Below are positions 37,303 through 47,750 of a DNA stretch of 64,000 nt, one piece after another. The notes beneath the pieces are model-generated. The model did no database searches and had not been told where the DNA came from. It saw only the letters and a program-made list of their open reading frames with translations. Each line of letters starts with the position of its first letter. The stretch's first letter is position 1. The position numbers were made by a program, and so were the translations under genes. The DNA is from an uncultured Spirochaetota bacterium (GTDB lineage Bacteria > Spirochaetota > Brevinematia > Brevinematales > JAOACQ01): positions 896,001 to 960,000 of the forward strand of contig CAWIGG010000002.1 in the NCBI GenBank assembly GCA_963835575.1, read 5' to 3'.

Positions 37303-39537
37303 ATGAAAATCAAATATATAATTTTGAATATATTATGCTTAGCTGTCAGTTTGTCATTTTTTACATCCTGTGTGATTTATGTTTACCCGCCTCAACCAGT
37401 TCCGGACACGACCCCTCCGTCTGTTGCAATCAGTTCACCGAAAACAACAGGAAGCTACGGCCAGTATATTCTTGTAGTAGGAACTGCCTCTGATTCATCA
37501 GGTATAAATAAGGTATATGTTACGGCCGACGGCCTCAGCTATACCAATGAAATCACGGGGCTGGACAGTGCATATTGGTCAACGACGCTGACCCTGGCCA
37601 GTCCAGGCACAAACACAATACGGGTCTGGGCAGCGGATAATAAAGGTAATGTCAGTTCTCCTGTATCTGTCATAATTATCTCTGATTTTAAAATACCATC
37701 GATAACGATCGACAATCCCTCCGACGGAAGCTATGTCTGCGATAATCCTCTTAACATTTACGGTTCCGCTTCTGTAAGTAACGATACCATTCTTAATATT
37801 CAATTAAGTACGAACGGCAGTCCATTTTTTATTGTAACCAACGGTACTTCAAAGTGGACCAATTCCACGCCTGTCAATAACGGTGTTAATACAGTAAAGG
37901 CTATGGCTGTTACATCCGGCGGCAGGACGAACGTGACGCCATTGATTACATTTACATACCGTCAGGCCGTCTGGAACATCCTGGTCTATATGGAGGCTGA
38001 TAATAACCTGGAATATTTTGGTCTCTGGAATTTTAACGAAATGGAATGCGTCAGCGCGCTGACAAACGGGCAGGTGAATGTTCTTGTATTGTTCAACAGT
38101 GCAGGGAATTATACAGGCTGGGCAGGGGCGCGTCTTTACCAGGTCAAGTATGATCCGACAGGAATGAATGATGTGATACAATCCAAACGGCTTTCGGGAA
38201 CTATAAACGGAGTGACACTCACGACAACAGGAGTAAATCAGTATCTGGATATGGGAAATACCAACACCTTATCTGATTTTGTGGTCTGGGCAACGAATAA
38301 TTATCAAGCGCAGTACAGTTTTATCATTCTCTGGGACCATGGCGACGGCTGGGGTACAGGGCCTCCTTTGCTTAATACGGCCGCTCAAAGTCTATTCGCG
38401 AATTTTGTGTCGGGGCAAAGGTCTGTACAGATTATTTCAAACAATAATTCCAAAATTCCGCCTTATAAAGGCGCATGCGGACTGCTGAATTCCGAGATCA
38501 GATGGGCTTTGAACGGAAAAGGTATGACAGTCATCGGCTTCGACGCATGCCTGATGGGTATGATGGAAGCTGTTTATGAGTTCAAGGACCTGGCGCAGTA
38601 TATGATCGCATCGGCGGATGAAGAGCCCGGTTATGGCTGGAATTACGACGACTGGCTGGCGCGCTTCTGCGCATCGTCCCTCACGCCCGAAGCCCTTGAA
38701 AGCAATGTGATCGATTCTTACCATGCTTATTACATCAGTCAGGCCGCTACGACAATGGCGGCTTATAAACTATCGGCATTTGATCAGCTGACAAATGCAT
38801 TTAATACATATGTTTCTAATTTGAGTTATGATCTCTGGAATCCCGGTCATACTAATAAAAGCATCAATCATTTATCTAATATCATATTATTGACGGAACA
38901 ATATTATTTTAATTCCGAATTAAATACGGATGTCTGGGACCTGGCCAATCACATTAATGTTACCGGTTATGACGCGCTTAAGAACGCCGTTAATAACTTT
39001 GTTTATTATGAATGGCACAACCCGGCGGGCGATATCTTTTCCGGAGACCCGAATTCCCATGGCCTGGCTCTTTATTTTAGTGACGCCAGTTATAATCCCC
39101 CTATAAATCCAAATTATGAAAATAACCCCGGACTTTTTTTTACAAAAACAAAGTGGGTCGATTATTTAACAAACCTCTATTATTTTCCGCCCTATCAATG
39201 GATCAGCAACCGACAGATTGCCAACGACAGTATTGGCTCAAATGGAAGTTTGAATTACCAGTTTTTTGTAACGAATGCCGGCTGGGTGACGATTAATTTA
39301 AAGGTCCCGGCAGGAAATAACGACGATCTTTATCTTTATAATTACACTAACGGTTCGCTGGGTTCGCTGGTTACACAATCTTTAAATGGCGTTGGTATTA
39401 ATGAGAAGATTACATACAATATTCCTTCAACAGGCTGGTATATAATAGAAGTAACTAATATTGTCTATTCTTCATCGAATACTTTTACTCTTTCTCTTTC
39501 CAATACCGGCGGTTTACCGGTCGCTGGCATCAAGTAA
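37303..39537 (+). CDS. Clostripain-family (C11) cysteine protease lipoprotein with Ig-like and PPC-like domains
   Basis: Lipobox FFTSC, two Ig-like repeats (DTTPPSVAISSP; PSITIDNP), WNILVYMEADNNL, WDHGDGW (His), FDACLMG (Cys), C-terminal DDLYLY...GWYIIEV. Confidence 0.88.
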   Translation: MKIKYIILNILCLAVSLSFFTSCVIYVYPPQPVPDTTPPSVAISSPKTTGSYGQYILVVGTASDSSGINKVYVTADGLSYTNEITGLDSAYWSTTLTLASPGTNTIRVWAADNKGNVSSPVSVIIISDFKIPSITIDNPSDGSYVCDNPLNIYGSASVSNDTILNIQLSTNGSPFFIVTNGTSKWTNSTPVNNGVNTVKAMAVTSGGRTNVTPLITFTYRQAVWNILVYMEADNNLEYFGLWNFNEMECVSALTNGQVNVLVLFNSAGNYTGWAGARLYQVKYDPTGMNDVIQSKRLSGTINGVTLTTTGVNQYLDMGNTNTLSDFVVWATNNYQAQYSFIILWDHGDGWGTGPPLLNTAAQSLFANFVSGQRSVQIISNNNSKIPPYKGACGLLNSEIRWALNGKGMTVIGFDACLMGMMEAVYEFKDLAQYMIASADEEPGYGWNYDDWLARFCASSLTPEALESNVIDSYHAYYISQAATTMAAYKLSAFDQLTNAFNTYVSNLSYDLWNPGHTNKSINHLSNIILLTEQYYFNSELNTDVWDLANHINVTGYDALKNAVNNFVYYEWHNPAGDIFSGDPNSHGLALYFSDASYNPPINPNYENNPGLFFTKTKWVDYLTNLYYFPPYQWISNRQIANDSIGSNGSLNYQFFVTNAGWVTINLKVPAGNNDDLYLYNYTNGSLGSLVTQSLNGVGINEKITYNIPSTGWYIIEVTNIVYSSSNTFTLSLSNTGGLPVAGIK

Positions 39538-39581
39538 TTATGTTGGCTTTTAAGCAAATAAAGACAATTTAATGAATTGAC

Positions 39582-39637
39582 AGATTGCTTCGCGCTGAAG
39601 CCAGCGGCTAAGGAAAAAACCGGGTTCTCGCAATGAC
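39582..39637. repeat. Degenerate intergenic palindromic element GATTGCTTCG...CTCGCAATGAC
   Basis: The ends match a widespread short intergenic repeat type; single copy here, between convergent genes. Confidence 0.45.
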
Positions 39638-39673
39638 AGACTTTGTGCTGAAATTCTTGGCTTATCAATTAAA

Positions 39674-40966
39674 CTAAATTATCTTTGCCTTTAAACCGCT
39701 TCCGCTACGGGACGCGATTTTCACATTTAGTATTTTTCCGATAAGGCTTTTTTCCCCTTCAAGAAAAATCATAAGGCCGTTCCGGGTCCGTCCGGCCAGT
39801 TCGTTTTTATTCTTCCTGCTGACCGACTCTATCAATGCCGTTGTTTTAAAGCCGATGAATTCCTCAAGCTTTTTCTCCGTAATGCTGAATTGAAGCTCTA
39901 TCAGTTCTTTAAGCCTCTGTTTTTTTGTTTTAAGCGGGATTTGCGGACTGAAGTCCCGGGCCGCTGTTCCCGGGCGCGAATTGTAAAAATACATAAAGGC
40001 TTCATGAAATTCTATTTTTTTCAGGGCCTCTAAAGTCTCATGAAAATCATCTTCTGTTTCCGAGGGAAAACCGACAATGATATCCGTGCTGATCAGTACA
40101 GCAGGGATTGATTTTATCCACCCAATTTTTTCAAAATATTCTTCAAAACCGTATTTCCGGTTCATCAGCTTAAGGACCCGGCTGCTTCCCGACTGAAGGG
40201 GCAGGTGAACGGCTTTAATAATATTATCATGCGTTTTGATGACATCAACCAGATTTTTTGAAAGATCTTTGGGATGCGATGTCATAAAGGTCAGGCGCGG
40301 TATGCTGGTTTTAATAGAAATGATATCCAGAAGCTCCGGAAAACTGACGGCGCCGTCACTGTAGGAATTGACATTCTGGCCCAGGAGCGTTACTTCCTTC
40401 ACGCCTTTGTCCATCAGCCGGAATATATTTTCTAAAATGTCTTTGCTTTTTCTATATACCTCTTTTCCTCTGACATAAGGAACGATACAGTAGCTGCAGT
40501 AATTATTGCAGCCATGGGAAATGGGGACAAAGCTTTTAAATGAGTATTTGCCCTGGGGCATCGATTCCATGAAATGATAGGATTCCAATTCTAAATAATC
40601 CCTGCCTTTTTCAATCTGATCGAAATAATCTAAAATGCCGTCTCTATTATATGTTCCCCAGACCAGCTTTATGACATCGGGGAATCTTTTCTTCATTTCC
40701 TTTCCAATACTCTGGGCCATACAGCCCATAAAAATGACTTTGATTGAAATCCTTTTTTTTTCTTTTAAGCCTCTGTAATACCCCAGCCGGCCTTCGATTC
40801 TTTCCTCGGCTGTTTTTCTGACGCTGCAGGTATTAATGATCACAACTTCCGCCTCGGAAGGCGCGGCTGCTTCCTGATGACCGTTTTCTATCAGTAAATT
40901 ACGCAGGGAATCGCTTTCCGAGACATTCATTTGACAGCCGTAGTTTTCAATAAAGAATTTAATCAT
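39674..40966 (-). CDS. miaB: tRNA methylthiotransferase MiaB
   Basis: YGCQMN..ES, NTCSVRKTAE, GCNNYCSYCIVPYVRG, LLGQNVNSY, TSHP; TRAM domain. Confidence 0.93.
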   Translation of the reverse strand: MIKFFIENYGCQMNVSESDSLRNLLIENGHQEAAAPSEAEVVIINTCSVRKTAEERIEGRLGYYRGLKEKKRISIKVIFMGCMAQSIGKEMKKRFPDVIKLVWGTYNRDGILDYFDQIEKGRDYLELESYHFMESMPQGKYSFKSFVPISHGCNNYCSYCIVPYVRGKEVYRKSKDILENIFRLMDKGVKEVTLLGQNVNSYSDGAVSFPELLDIISIKTSIPRLTFMTSHPKDLSKNLVDVIKTHDNIIKAVHLPLQSGSSRVLKLMNRKYGFEEYFEKIGWIKSIPAVLISTDIIVGFPSETEDDFHETLEALKKIEFHEAFMYFYNSRPGTAARDFSPQIPLKTKKQRLKELIELQFSITEKKLEEFIGFKTTALIESVSRKNKNELAGRTRNGLMIFLEGEKSLIGKILNVKIASRSGSGLKAKII

Positions 40967-40972
40967 ATTGTG

Positions 40973-42217
40973 TTATTTTCCCAATCTCTGGATTTGCAGC
41001 CCTTTGACGATGATTTTATTGTCCACAGTTATTCCGGCGATCTGGCCGAAGACGGCCACTTTTTCTCCGCTTGTAATGCTTTGAAAGCCGGTGAAATGAG
41101 ATTCCGCGATCCCTTCGACAACCGCGTTTTCCACAAAATTGATGAGAAGGTCGAAAACAGTTTCTTTTCTTTCTTTATGTTCCAGATTTGCGATAGTCCC
41201 GTACCAGCGGATATAAACGTCTTTATAAAGGAAAGGAAGCCGGGTTACTTCCTGAATGGAAGGTAAAAAATCGATCATATTAGGGTCAATATCCGGCATG
41301 ACGTCTTTTAATATCAAAACCCTCTCTTTGATATATTCGCTGGCGTTGGAATTCAATAATTCATTGATAAGGATCATGGCGCGGTTATGTTTTTTTTCTT
41401 CAATATAGCTTTTTATGATTTCAAATTTCTTCTTGATATCCGCTTCAGACAGCTTGATATTATACTGGTTTCTCTCTTCAATGATTTTATTGATGTCCTG
41501 AATGGTGACATGCGTAACGCGGCCCTGACCGAGACCCTGTTTAAACTTAAAATCCTCCCAGACATTGACAATTTTCGGATAATTTAAATAAAACGCATAG
41601 CCTGCTATAAAAACGAGGATTATTATTATTATTAACCTTAAAAGAGGCGATTTCAGCCCGGCCCTAATTTTATTCTCAATAAATTCAACAGGTGTTTCTT
41701 TTGGCAAATGGATAAAAATAAAATCCTTAGGCTTTGTCATTCTGAAAAAAACCTTGGGGTCTTTGACAGTTTTAAGACTTTCAAGGTTCTTCTTAAGCTG
41801 GGCATTGCTGTCATCTATGTAGATGGCGTCCAGCATATAATTGATTGACTCTTCGAGTCTGCCCTCCATTAGACCTAAAAATGCCAGAGCGTTCAGTACA
41901 TCGGCGTCATTAGGGTCCGCGGAATGGAGCCGTTTAAAAGCGGGATAGGCATTCTCGAATAATTTTAATTCGATAAAAGAAAAAGCCATGATTTTCTGCG
42001 CCAGTAGATCATCAGGATGAAGTTCCAGATAAGTCGCCAGAATATCGATAATATTCTGGTAATCTTTTGAAGCGCCTTTTTTCTTAAAAATATCAATGGC
42101 TTTTTTTAAGGCAGATTGGCTGTCGCTATTTGACTTTTTATCTTTTTTAACTTTTTTTCCGCCGGAATTTTGTTTATTTATATATTGATCAACCGGATCT
42201 TCCAAATCAATATCCAA
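40973..42217 (-). CDS. TPR + TM + putative OB-fold protein
   Basis: N-terminal TPRs, central TM helix, C-terminal YIRWYGTIAN...VAVFGQI beta domain; TTG start with GGAGG. Confidence 0.7.
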   Translation of the reverse strand: MDIDLEDPVDQYINKQNSGGKKVKKDKKSNSDSQSALKKAIDIFKKKGASKDYQNIIDILATYLELHPDDLLAQKIMAFSFIELKLFENAYPAFKRLHSADPNDADVLNALAFLGLMEGRLEESINYMLDAIYIDDSNAQLKKNLESLKTVKDPKVFFRMTKPKDFIFIHLPKETPVEFIENKIRAGLKSPLLRLIIIIILVFIAGYAFYLNYPKIVNVWEDFKFKQGLGQGRVTHVTIQDINKIIEERNQYNIKLSEADIKKKFEIIKSYIEEKKHNRAMILINELLNSNASEYIKERVLILKDVMPDIDPNMIDFLPSIQEVTRLPFLYKDVYIRWYGTIANLEHKERKETVFDLLINFVENAVVEGIAESHFTGFQSITSGEKVAVFGQIAGITVDNKIIVKGLQIQRLGK

Positions 42218-42229
42218 GCAATACCTCCA

Positions 42230-44284
42230 TTAACTCAGAAGGGCATTTTTCGGTTCGCCGAAATAATAACCCTGTGAAAAATTAACACCGAGTTCGCAAA
42301 CTTTATCAAAAACTTCCTTTGAGTGGACAAATTCCGCGATTGTTTTAATACCCAGCTTTTTTGTAAAATCAACTATTGTTTGAGTGATTATCTGGGCGTT
42401 GGAATCCTGATTGATATATTTAGTCAGAGACGCGTCAATTTTAATATAATCCACGTTTAGCTGAAGAATATGAGAGAAATTGGAATATCCGGTCCCGAAA
42501 TCGTCAATAGCTATCTTGCAGTTAAATTCCTTAATTTCATCAATGAAATTCTTCACCTGGGCATAGTTTTCTATACCTTCAGATTCAAGGATTTCAAAAA
42601 CAAGCCGCATGGCTGTTTTATGATTTTCTTTCAGCTTTTTAATTATAAACAAATTGGTTTCTTCATCCAGTATATCATCAACTGAGAGGTTAATTGAAAA
42701 TTCATACTCAGTGAAATTGAATTTTTCAATCGATTTATTAATCATGATCTTTGTTATATCATGGTATAATTTGGATTTTTTAGCCATATCCAGGAAAAGC
42801 AGGGGCGAATGAACGCGGCCTTCAAGATCAATCATACGGACCAGGCATTCATATTTATCGATTTTTGAGGTAAGGTTATTAAAAATCGGTTGAAAATACG
42901 GCACTATATTATTTTCTTTTATGGAATCTTTCAGCTTTTTCGCCCAGCTGATATTATATTCATACTCTTTTGATATCTGCATCGATTCGTTATAGATGAT
43001 ATAGTTTTTTCTCAGTCTTTTGGCTTTTTTAAGCGCCATATCGGCATTTAACGCGAGATGGTGCCATTTCCCTTTTGTTTTATGGTCTTCCTCAACATCG
43101 GTACCCATAGTGATTCCCATTGCAATGGTTATATGGACAATCGTGTCATTATAAATAAAATCTGTTTCGCTGATTTCTTCACGGAAAAGCTTCATCAGAA
43201 CAAGGATCATCTGCTCAAATTCATCACGGCTGATTGATTTATCCAATAGTATTGCGTATTCATCTGCCGGCATTTTATAGAGATGATAATCTTCTGAGGG
43301 CAGAATGGATTTCAATCTTCTTCCCATTTCCACAATGAGGAAATCCCCGATTTCATTCCCGTAAAAATCATTTATCTCCTGAAATGAATCAATATTGATA
43401 AGAACTAGGATAGGGGATTTGGTTTTTTCCACATCCTCTAATAATTTTCTTCTATTCGGCAGACCTGTCATTCTGTCTAAATAGAGTTGATTGATCAGTT
43501 CCTCTTTTTTTTCAATCAATTCGGTTATTTCATAACCGATGCACATAAATTCTTCGATTCTATAATGCGAATCGACAATTGGTATTATGGTTGTGTTTAT
43601 ATAATAAGTATGCCCGCTTTTATTATTTCCCTTGATTTCCCCTCTCCAGATATTTTTCTTGGCGGCTTCCTGGATGATATTATTAATGAAATCCTTTGAA
43701 TATTCAGGGTTGATAACCGACTGATACGATTTACCAATCACTTCTTCATTTTGAAAACCGCTGAGTATGCAGAAAGCGTCATTGGCATATGTTATTTGCC
43801 CTTTTGTATTAAATTTAGACACTATGCTGCTGGAATCGATCGCTTTTTTGTATTCTGAAAGTAATTTTGCGATATGCCTTAATTCCTGTTCCAGTGAGAA
43901 TACCTTCATGCAGTTTTCAACAGCCTGGATCAGCTTCTTTTCATCAACCGGCTTGAGTATGAAATGGTTTATCCCTAATTCTATGGAATCAAGAAGAAAT
44001 TGTATTTCGTTATAGGCTGTGACAATGATAAATGACACTTCATTATTAATAGCTTTAATCTGTTTGATCATCTCAAGCCCGTTTTTAACAGGCATTTTTA
44101 TGTCAGTGATGATTATATCGGGATGGTATTTTTTATAAAAGTCAAAACCTTCCTGGCCGTTTGAAGCGACATGGACTTTACTGACATACAGATTAAGGAA
44201 TTCCGCGATTCCGTTCCTTGTATCTTCATCATCTTCAACATAAAGAACCGCCACATCCAGTACTTTCCTTTTTTTCTCCGGCAT
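42230..44284 (-). CDS. REC-PAS-GGDEF(degenerate)-EAL c-di-GMP phosphodiesterase
   Basis: LYVEDD, TDIKMP, LKP (receiver); ITYANDAFC..SG..WRGEI (PAS); TGLPNR...MPADEY; YECLVR, IDDFGTGYSNF, IAEFV, QGYYF. Confidence 0.92.
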   Translation of the reverse strand: MPEKKRKVLDVAVLYVEDDEDTRNGIAEFLNLYVSKVHVASNGQEGFDFYKKYHPDIIITDIKMPVKNGLEMIKQIKAINNEVSFIIVTAYNEIQFLLDSIELGINHFILKPVDEKKLIQAVENCMKVFSLEQELRHIAKLLSEYKKAIDSSSIVSKFNTKGQITYANDAFCILSGFQNEEVIGKSYQSVINPEYSKDFINNIIQEAAKKNIWRGEIKGNNKSGHTYYINTTIIPIVDSHYRIEEFMCIGYEITELIEKKEELINQLYLDRMTGLPNRRKLLEDVEKTKSPILVLINIDSFQEINDFYGNEIGDFLIVEMGRRLKSILPSEDYHLYKMPADEYAILLDKSISRDEFEQMILVLMKLFREEISETDFIYNDTIVHITIAMGITMGTDVEEDHKTKGKWHHLALNADMALKKAKRLRKNYIIYNESMQISKEYEYNISWAKKLKDSIKENNIVPYFQPIFNNLTSKIDKYECLVRMIDLEGRVHSPLLFLDMAKKSKLYHDITKIMINKSIEKFNFTEYEFSINLSVDDILDEETNLFIIKKLKENHKTAMRLVFEILESEGIENYAQVKNFIDEIKEFNCKIAIDDFGTGYSNFSHILQLNVDYIKIDASLTKYINQDSNAQIITQTIVDFTKKLGIKTIAEFVHSKEVFDKVCELGVNFSQGYYFGEPKNALLS

Positions 44285-44293
44285 TGAGAACTC

Positions 44294-45913
44294 CTACCTG
44301 TCCCTTTTATCGCAATATACTTTATAATCCATTTCCGGGAAAATATTGTCCAGGCTTTCCAGCTCTAAAAGCCATTTCTCATCGATTTTTTTTTCTTCAA
44401 TCATCTGTGCGAGCCTGTTAAACCGGAAAACATGCTCCTTTGTTCTTCTGACTGCGTAATCAGCCATTGTATTTGTTTTCATAATAAAAGCCCAATCGGA
44501 AGACTCCGCGAGTAGTAATTCCCTTGCCGCCTGGTTCAAAGTTCTTTTTATAAGTGGATTAGTAATTTTTATATATTTATTTGACAGTTCGATCATTTTT
44601 TCAGTTATTTTGTAAAGATGGCGGTAAATCCAGTCATTGGAATCATTAAGCCAGAATTCATTATAGCCTCTATATCCCCAGCTGGACATGGGCGGTGTAG
44701 CGGTCTGATTATCCGGGTATTTTTTCAGGTATTCTGAAGGGGTAATAGTGCCGACTATTTTACTCTTATTCATAAGATTCAGCACATTATAAATAAATTC
44801 AGGGCCTTCATACCACCAGTGCCCGAATAATTCGGAATCATAAAGCGATACAATGACAGGTTCACGATCCATATTGATTGAGATATTTTGTATTTGTTCC
44901 TCTCTTCTAAAAACAAAATGCACGGCATGCTCGGCTGCTTTCAGCAGTGCTTTTTGAGGGTCATAAGCTTGTTTGTATTCCATGGGAGTTTCTTTGCTTG
45001 TGATTTTGTGGTACTTTATGCCTGTGGAAATTCTTAAACCGCTTTCATGAATATAAGGTTTAATATAATCATAATCAAGATCGAACCCAATGTCCCTGTA
45101 AAATTCCCTGTAATTGGGATCGCCCGGATAGCCGTCCTTGGCGCTCCAGACGGATTGAGAGGTTTCCATGTCCCTTCCGAAATAGGCTATATTATTTTGA
45201 GTGACTAATGGCGCAAAAACGCCGTATTTCGGATAATGGTCGGCATAGAGCATGGCATGGGTATCGACAAAAAAATACTTGATGCCGCCTTCTTTAAGAA
45301 TATCCTCCAGGCCGGGGTAGTATCCGCATTCGCTGTTCCACATTCCTTTCGGCTTTATTCCGAAATGCCTTTTATAGTCCTTTATTCCCGTAAGGACCTG
45401 GCCGCGTACCGCGTTGGGATAGGAACTCATCAGCGGAAGATAGCCATGCGTGGCGCCTGATGTGATTATTTCAATATTTCCGAGTTCCTGGAATTTTTTA
45501 AAGCCTTTCAGAAGATTTTTCTGGTATTTATTTATATAGATATCATTTGCTTTTTTAAATTTATCAAGGTACAAAACGGCTGTTCTGTTCAGTTCCGGAA
45601 CATATTGCGTTCGAAGCTCTTCCTTTTCGGCTAATTCTATCAGGTTTTCCAGATGCCTGGCAGCCCTTTCCTGAAGAAGGGGATCCGTCAGCATGTTGCA
45701 GAGAGGGGGTGTTAAAGAAAGAGTTATTTTAAAATTCACGTTTTCATTTATCAATCTTTCAAAAACATCAAGAAGGGGAATATAAGTTTCTGTTATTGCT
45801 TCGTAGAGCCATCTCTCTTCCAGAGAATCATTATATTCCGGATGCCTGACAAAGGGAAGGTGAGAATGGAGTACCAACATCCAATAACCATGCGGGTGTC
45901 TCATTGTTGGCAT
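44294..45913 (-). CDS. GH57 1,4-alpha-glucan branching enzyme (DUF1957)
   Basis: VLHSHLPFV, EERWLYEAITETYIPL, ATHGYLP, WNSECGY, YDSELFGHWWYEGP, ARELLLAESSDWAF. Confidence 0.93.
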   Translation of the reverse strand: MPTMRHPHGYWMLVLHSHLPFVRHPEYNDSLEERWLYEAITETYIPLLDVFERLINENVNFKITLSLTPPLCNMLTDPLLQERAARHLENLIELAEKEELRTQYVPELNRTAVLYLDKFKKANDIYINKYQKNLLKGFKKFQELGNIEIITSGATHGYLPLMSSYPNAVRGQVLTGIKDYKRHFGIKPKGMWNSECGYYPGLEDILKEGGIKYFFVDTHAMLYADHYPKYGVFAPLVTQNNIAYFGRDMETSQSVWSAKDGYPGDPNYREFYRDIGFDLDYDYIKPYIHESGLRISTGIKYHKITSKETPMEYKQAYDPQKALLKAAEHAVHFVFRREEQIQNISINMDREPVIVSLYDSELFGHWWYEGPEFIYNVLNLMNKSKIVGTITPSEYLKKYPDNQTATPPMSSWGYRGYNEFWLNDSNDWIYRHLYKITEKMIELSNKYIKITNPLIKRTLNQAARELLLAESSDWAFIMKTNTMADYAVRRTKEHVFRFNRLAQMIEEKKIDEKWLLELESLDNIFPEMDYKVYCDKRDR

Positions 45914-45995
45914 GAAGAACCTCTTTTAAATATTAACCACTAATCATAATATAATTTGAATAATTGTCAACATATAGAAAATTTTCATTGCTTGT

Positions 45996-47084
45996 TTAGT
46001 AACTGCCTTTTGCGTATGAGCCTAATACTTTGAGGAAGACGGACTGCTCTTTAACCTTTTCAAGCGCTTTCTTGACGCCCGGATTTTCAACACCGCCTTC
46101 CAGATCAATAAAGAATAAATAATCCCATGGTCTCCTTTTTGAAGGACGGGATTCGATTTTAGAAAGGTTAATATTATAAACCTGGAAGGGCAATAGAAGT
46201 TCAAGAAGGGCTCCGGGCTTATCTTTGACTGAGACAAGCACGGAAGTTTTTTCGGGGTTTTCAAAAGTGTGCTTATTATTGGCAATGATCCAGAAACGTG
46301 TATAATTTTCGGGATTGTCTTCAATATTTTCAGACAGAATATTAAGTTTGTATTTATCAGCGGCAATGGAACTCGCTATGGCTGCCGAAAATTTCTCCCA
46401 CGGGACCATACTGGCGGCTTTAGCGTTACTGGAAACTTCTATTTTCTCTACATTCGGCATATTGGTTTCCAGCCATGTGCGGCATTGTCCGAAAGATTGC
46501 GGATGGGAATAGATACGCTTTATTTCAGACAATGTATTGACGTTGGCCAGCAAATTTTGATGTACATTGAGAAATTCCTCGCCTATGACAACAAGAGGTG
46601 AATCGACAAACTCGTCCAGGGTTTCCTTGACAGGCCCGTCAAGCGAATTTTCTATCGGTACGACGCCGAAGTCCATTTTTCCATTTTCCACTTCCTTGAA
46701 TATATCAGGTATAGTTGCAACAGGCTTCATGATAATTGAGCTTCCAAAATGCTTGCGGACAGCCTGTTCTGTAAAAGTGCCTTCCGGGCCCAGATAAGAT
46801 ACTACAATCGGTTCTTCCAATGCCCTTGCCGCAGACACGATTTCTGTAAAAATCTGCAGGAGCGAAGAAGTGGGAAATTCTTTTTTTGATCTGGATAAAG
46901 CCAGGGCTTTGACTTCTTTTTCTCTTTCAGGCTGATAAATAGGAATATTATTCGCTTTTTTATAATCGCCGATTTCTTTTACAATTTTTGCCCTTTCGTC
47001 TAAAAGCTCCACCAATTTAGTATCGATTTTATCGATTTTATCCCTGAATTCTTTTAACGGATTGACGCTTTTTTTTACCGGCAT
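45996..47084 (-). CDS. pheA: Chorismate mutase/prephenate dehydratase (P-protein)
   Basis: RDKIDKID (CM), YLGPEGTF, VPIENS, SHPQ, NYTRF, IESRPS. Confidence 0.95.
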   Translation of the reverse strand: MPVKKSVNPLKEFRDKIDKIDTKLVELLDERAKIVKEIGDYKKANNIPIYQPEREKEVKALALSRSKKEFPTSSLLQIFTEIVSAARALEEPIVVSYLGPEGTFTEQAVRKHFGSSIIMKPVATIPDIFKEVENGKMDFGVVPIENSLDGPVKETLDEFVDSPLVVIGEEFLNVHQNLLANVNTLSEIKRIYSHPQSFGQCRTWLETNMPNVEKIEVSSNAKAASMVPWEKFSAAIASSIAADKYKLNILSENIEDNPENYTRFWIIANNKHTFENPEKTSVLVSVKDKPGALLELLLPFQVYNINLSKIESRPSKRRPWDYLFFIDLEGGVENPGVKKALEKVKEQSVFLKVLGSYAKGSY

Positions 47085-47099
47085 GGTGTCTCCTTTTTT

Positions 47100-47738
47100 T
47101 TACCCTTTATAAGGGATGGCGGTATTTTCATTCTCTTCATCGCTTTGTTCTTCACTGTTAAACGAGTTTTCAATATTTTCCATTATTTTATTGAATTCTA
47201 TGCTGTTCAGCGACGGCAGGTCTTCCAGGCTTTTTATTCGGAAGAATTCTAAAAACCGGTCCGTTGTCGTATATATAGGCGATTTGATTATATCATCCGC
47301 GCTTCCGCTGATTGTGATCAGCTTCAAAGTAATAAGAGTGTTTACGCTGCGGGTGCTTGATACCCCTCTGATTTTATCAATATCATCCTTGGATATGGGC
47401 TGTTTATAGGCCACAATGGCCAGAGTTTCCAGGCAGCTCTTCGGAAGGACGTTTTCATTTCTTTTTCCGAATAACTCCTCAAGCTCATCGCGGTAATAAG
47501 GGTTTGATACGATCTGACAGCCCCCGGCCACAGGGATGATATGAAAGCCGTTTTTTCTTGAATCATATTCCGTGTTCAGCTCATCTATCAAAGACATGAT
47601 ATCTTCTTTTGTCGCTTCGAATATTCGCTGGAGTTCTTCAAGTTGTATTGATTTACCTCTAACGAATAGAATGGCTTCAAATAGACCCTTCAGCTCGCTC
47701 CGGGAATATGTTTTATTAATAAATAAAGAATTGTTCAT
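47100..47738 (-). CDS. scpB: SMC-Scp complex subunit ScpB
   Basis: EAILF, LETLAIVAYKQPISK.DID.IRGV, YTTTDRFLEFF.IKSLEDLP. Confidence 0.93.
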   Translation of the reverse strand: MNNSLFINKTYSRSELKGLFEAILFVRGKSIQLEELQRIFEATKEDIMSLIDELNTEYDSRKNGFHIIPVAGGCQIVSNPYYRDELEELFGKRNENVLPKSCLETLAIVAYKQPISKDDIDKIRGVSSTRSVNTLITLKLITISGSADDIIKSPIYTTTDRFLEFFRIKSLEDLPSLNSIEFNKIMENIENSFNSEEQSDEENENTAIPYKG

Positions 47739-47750
47739 TCTGTAAACCTC

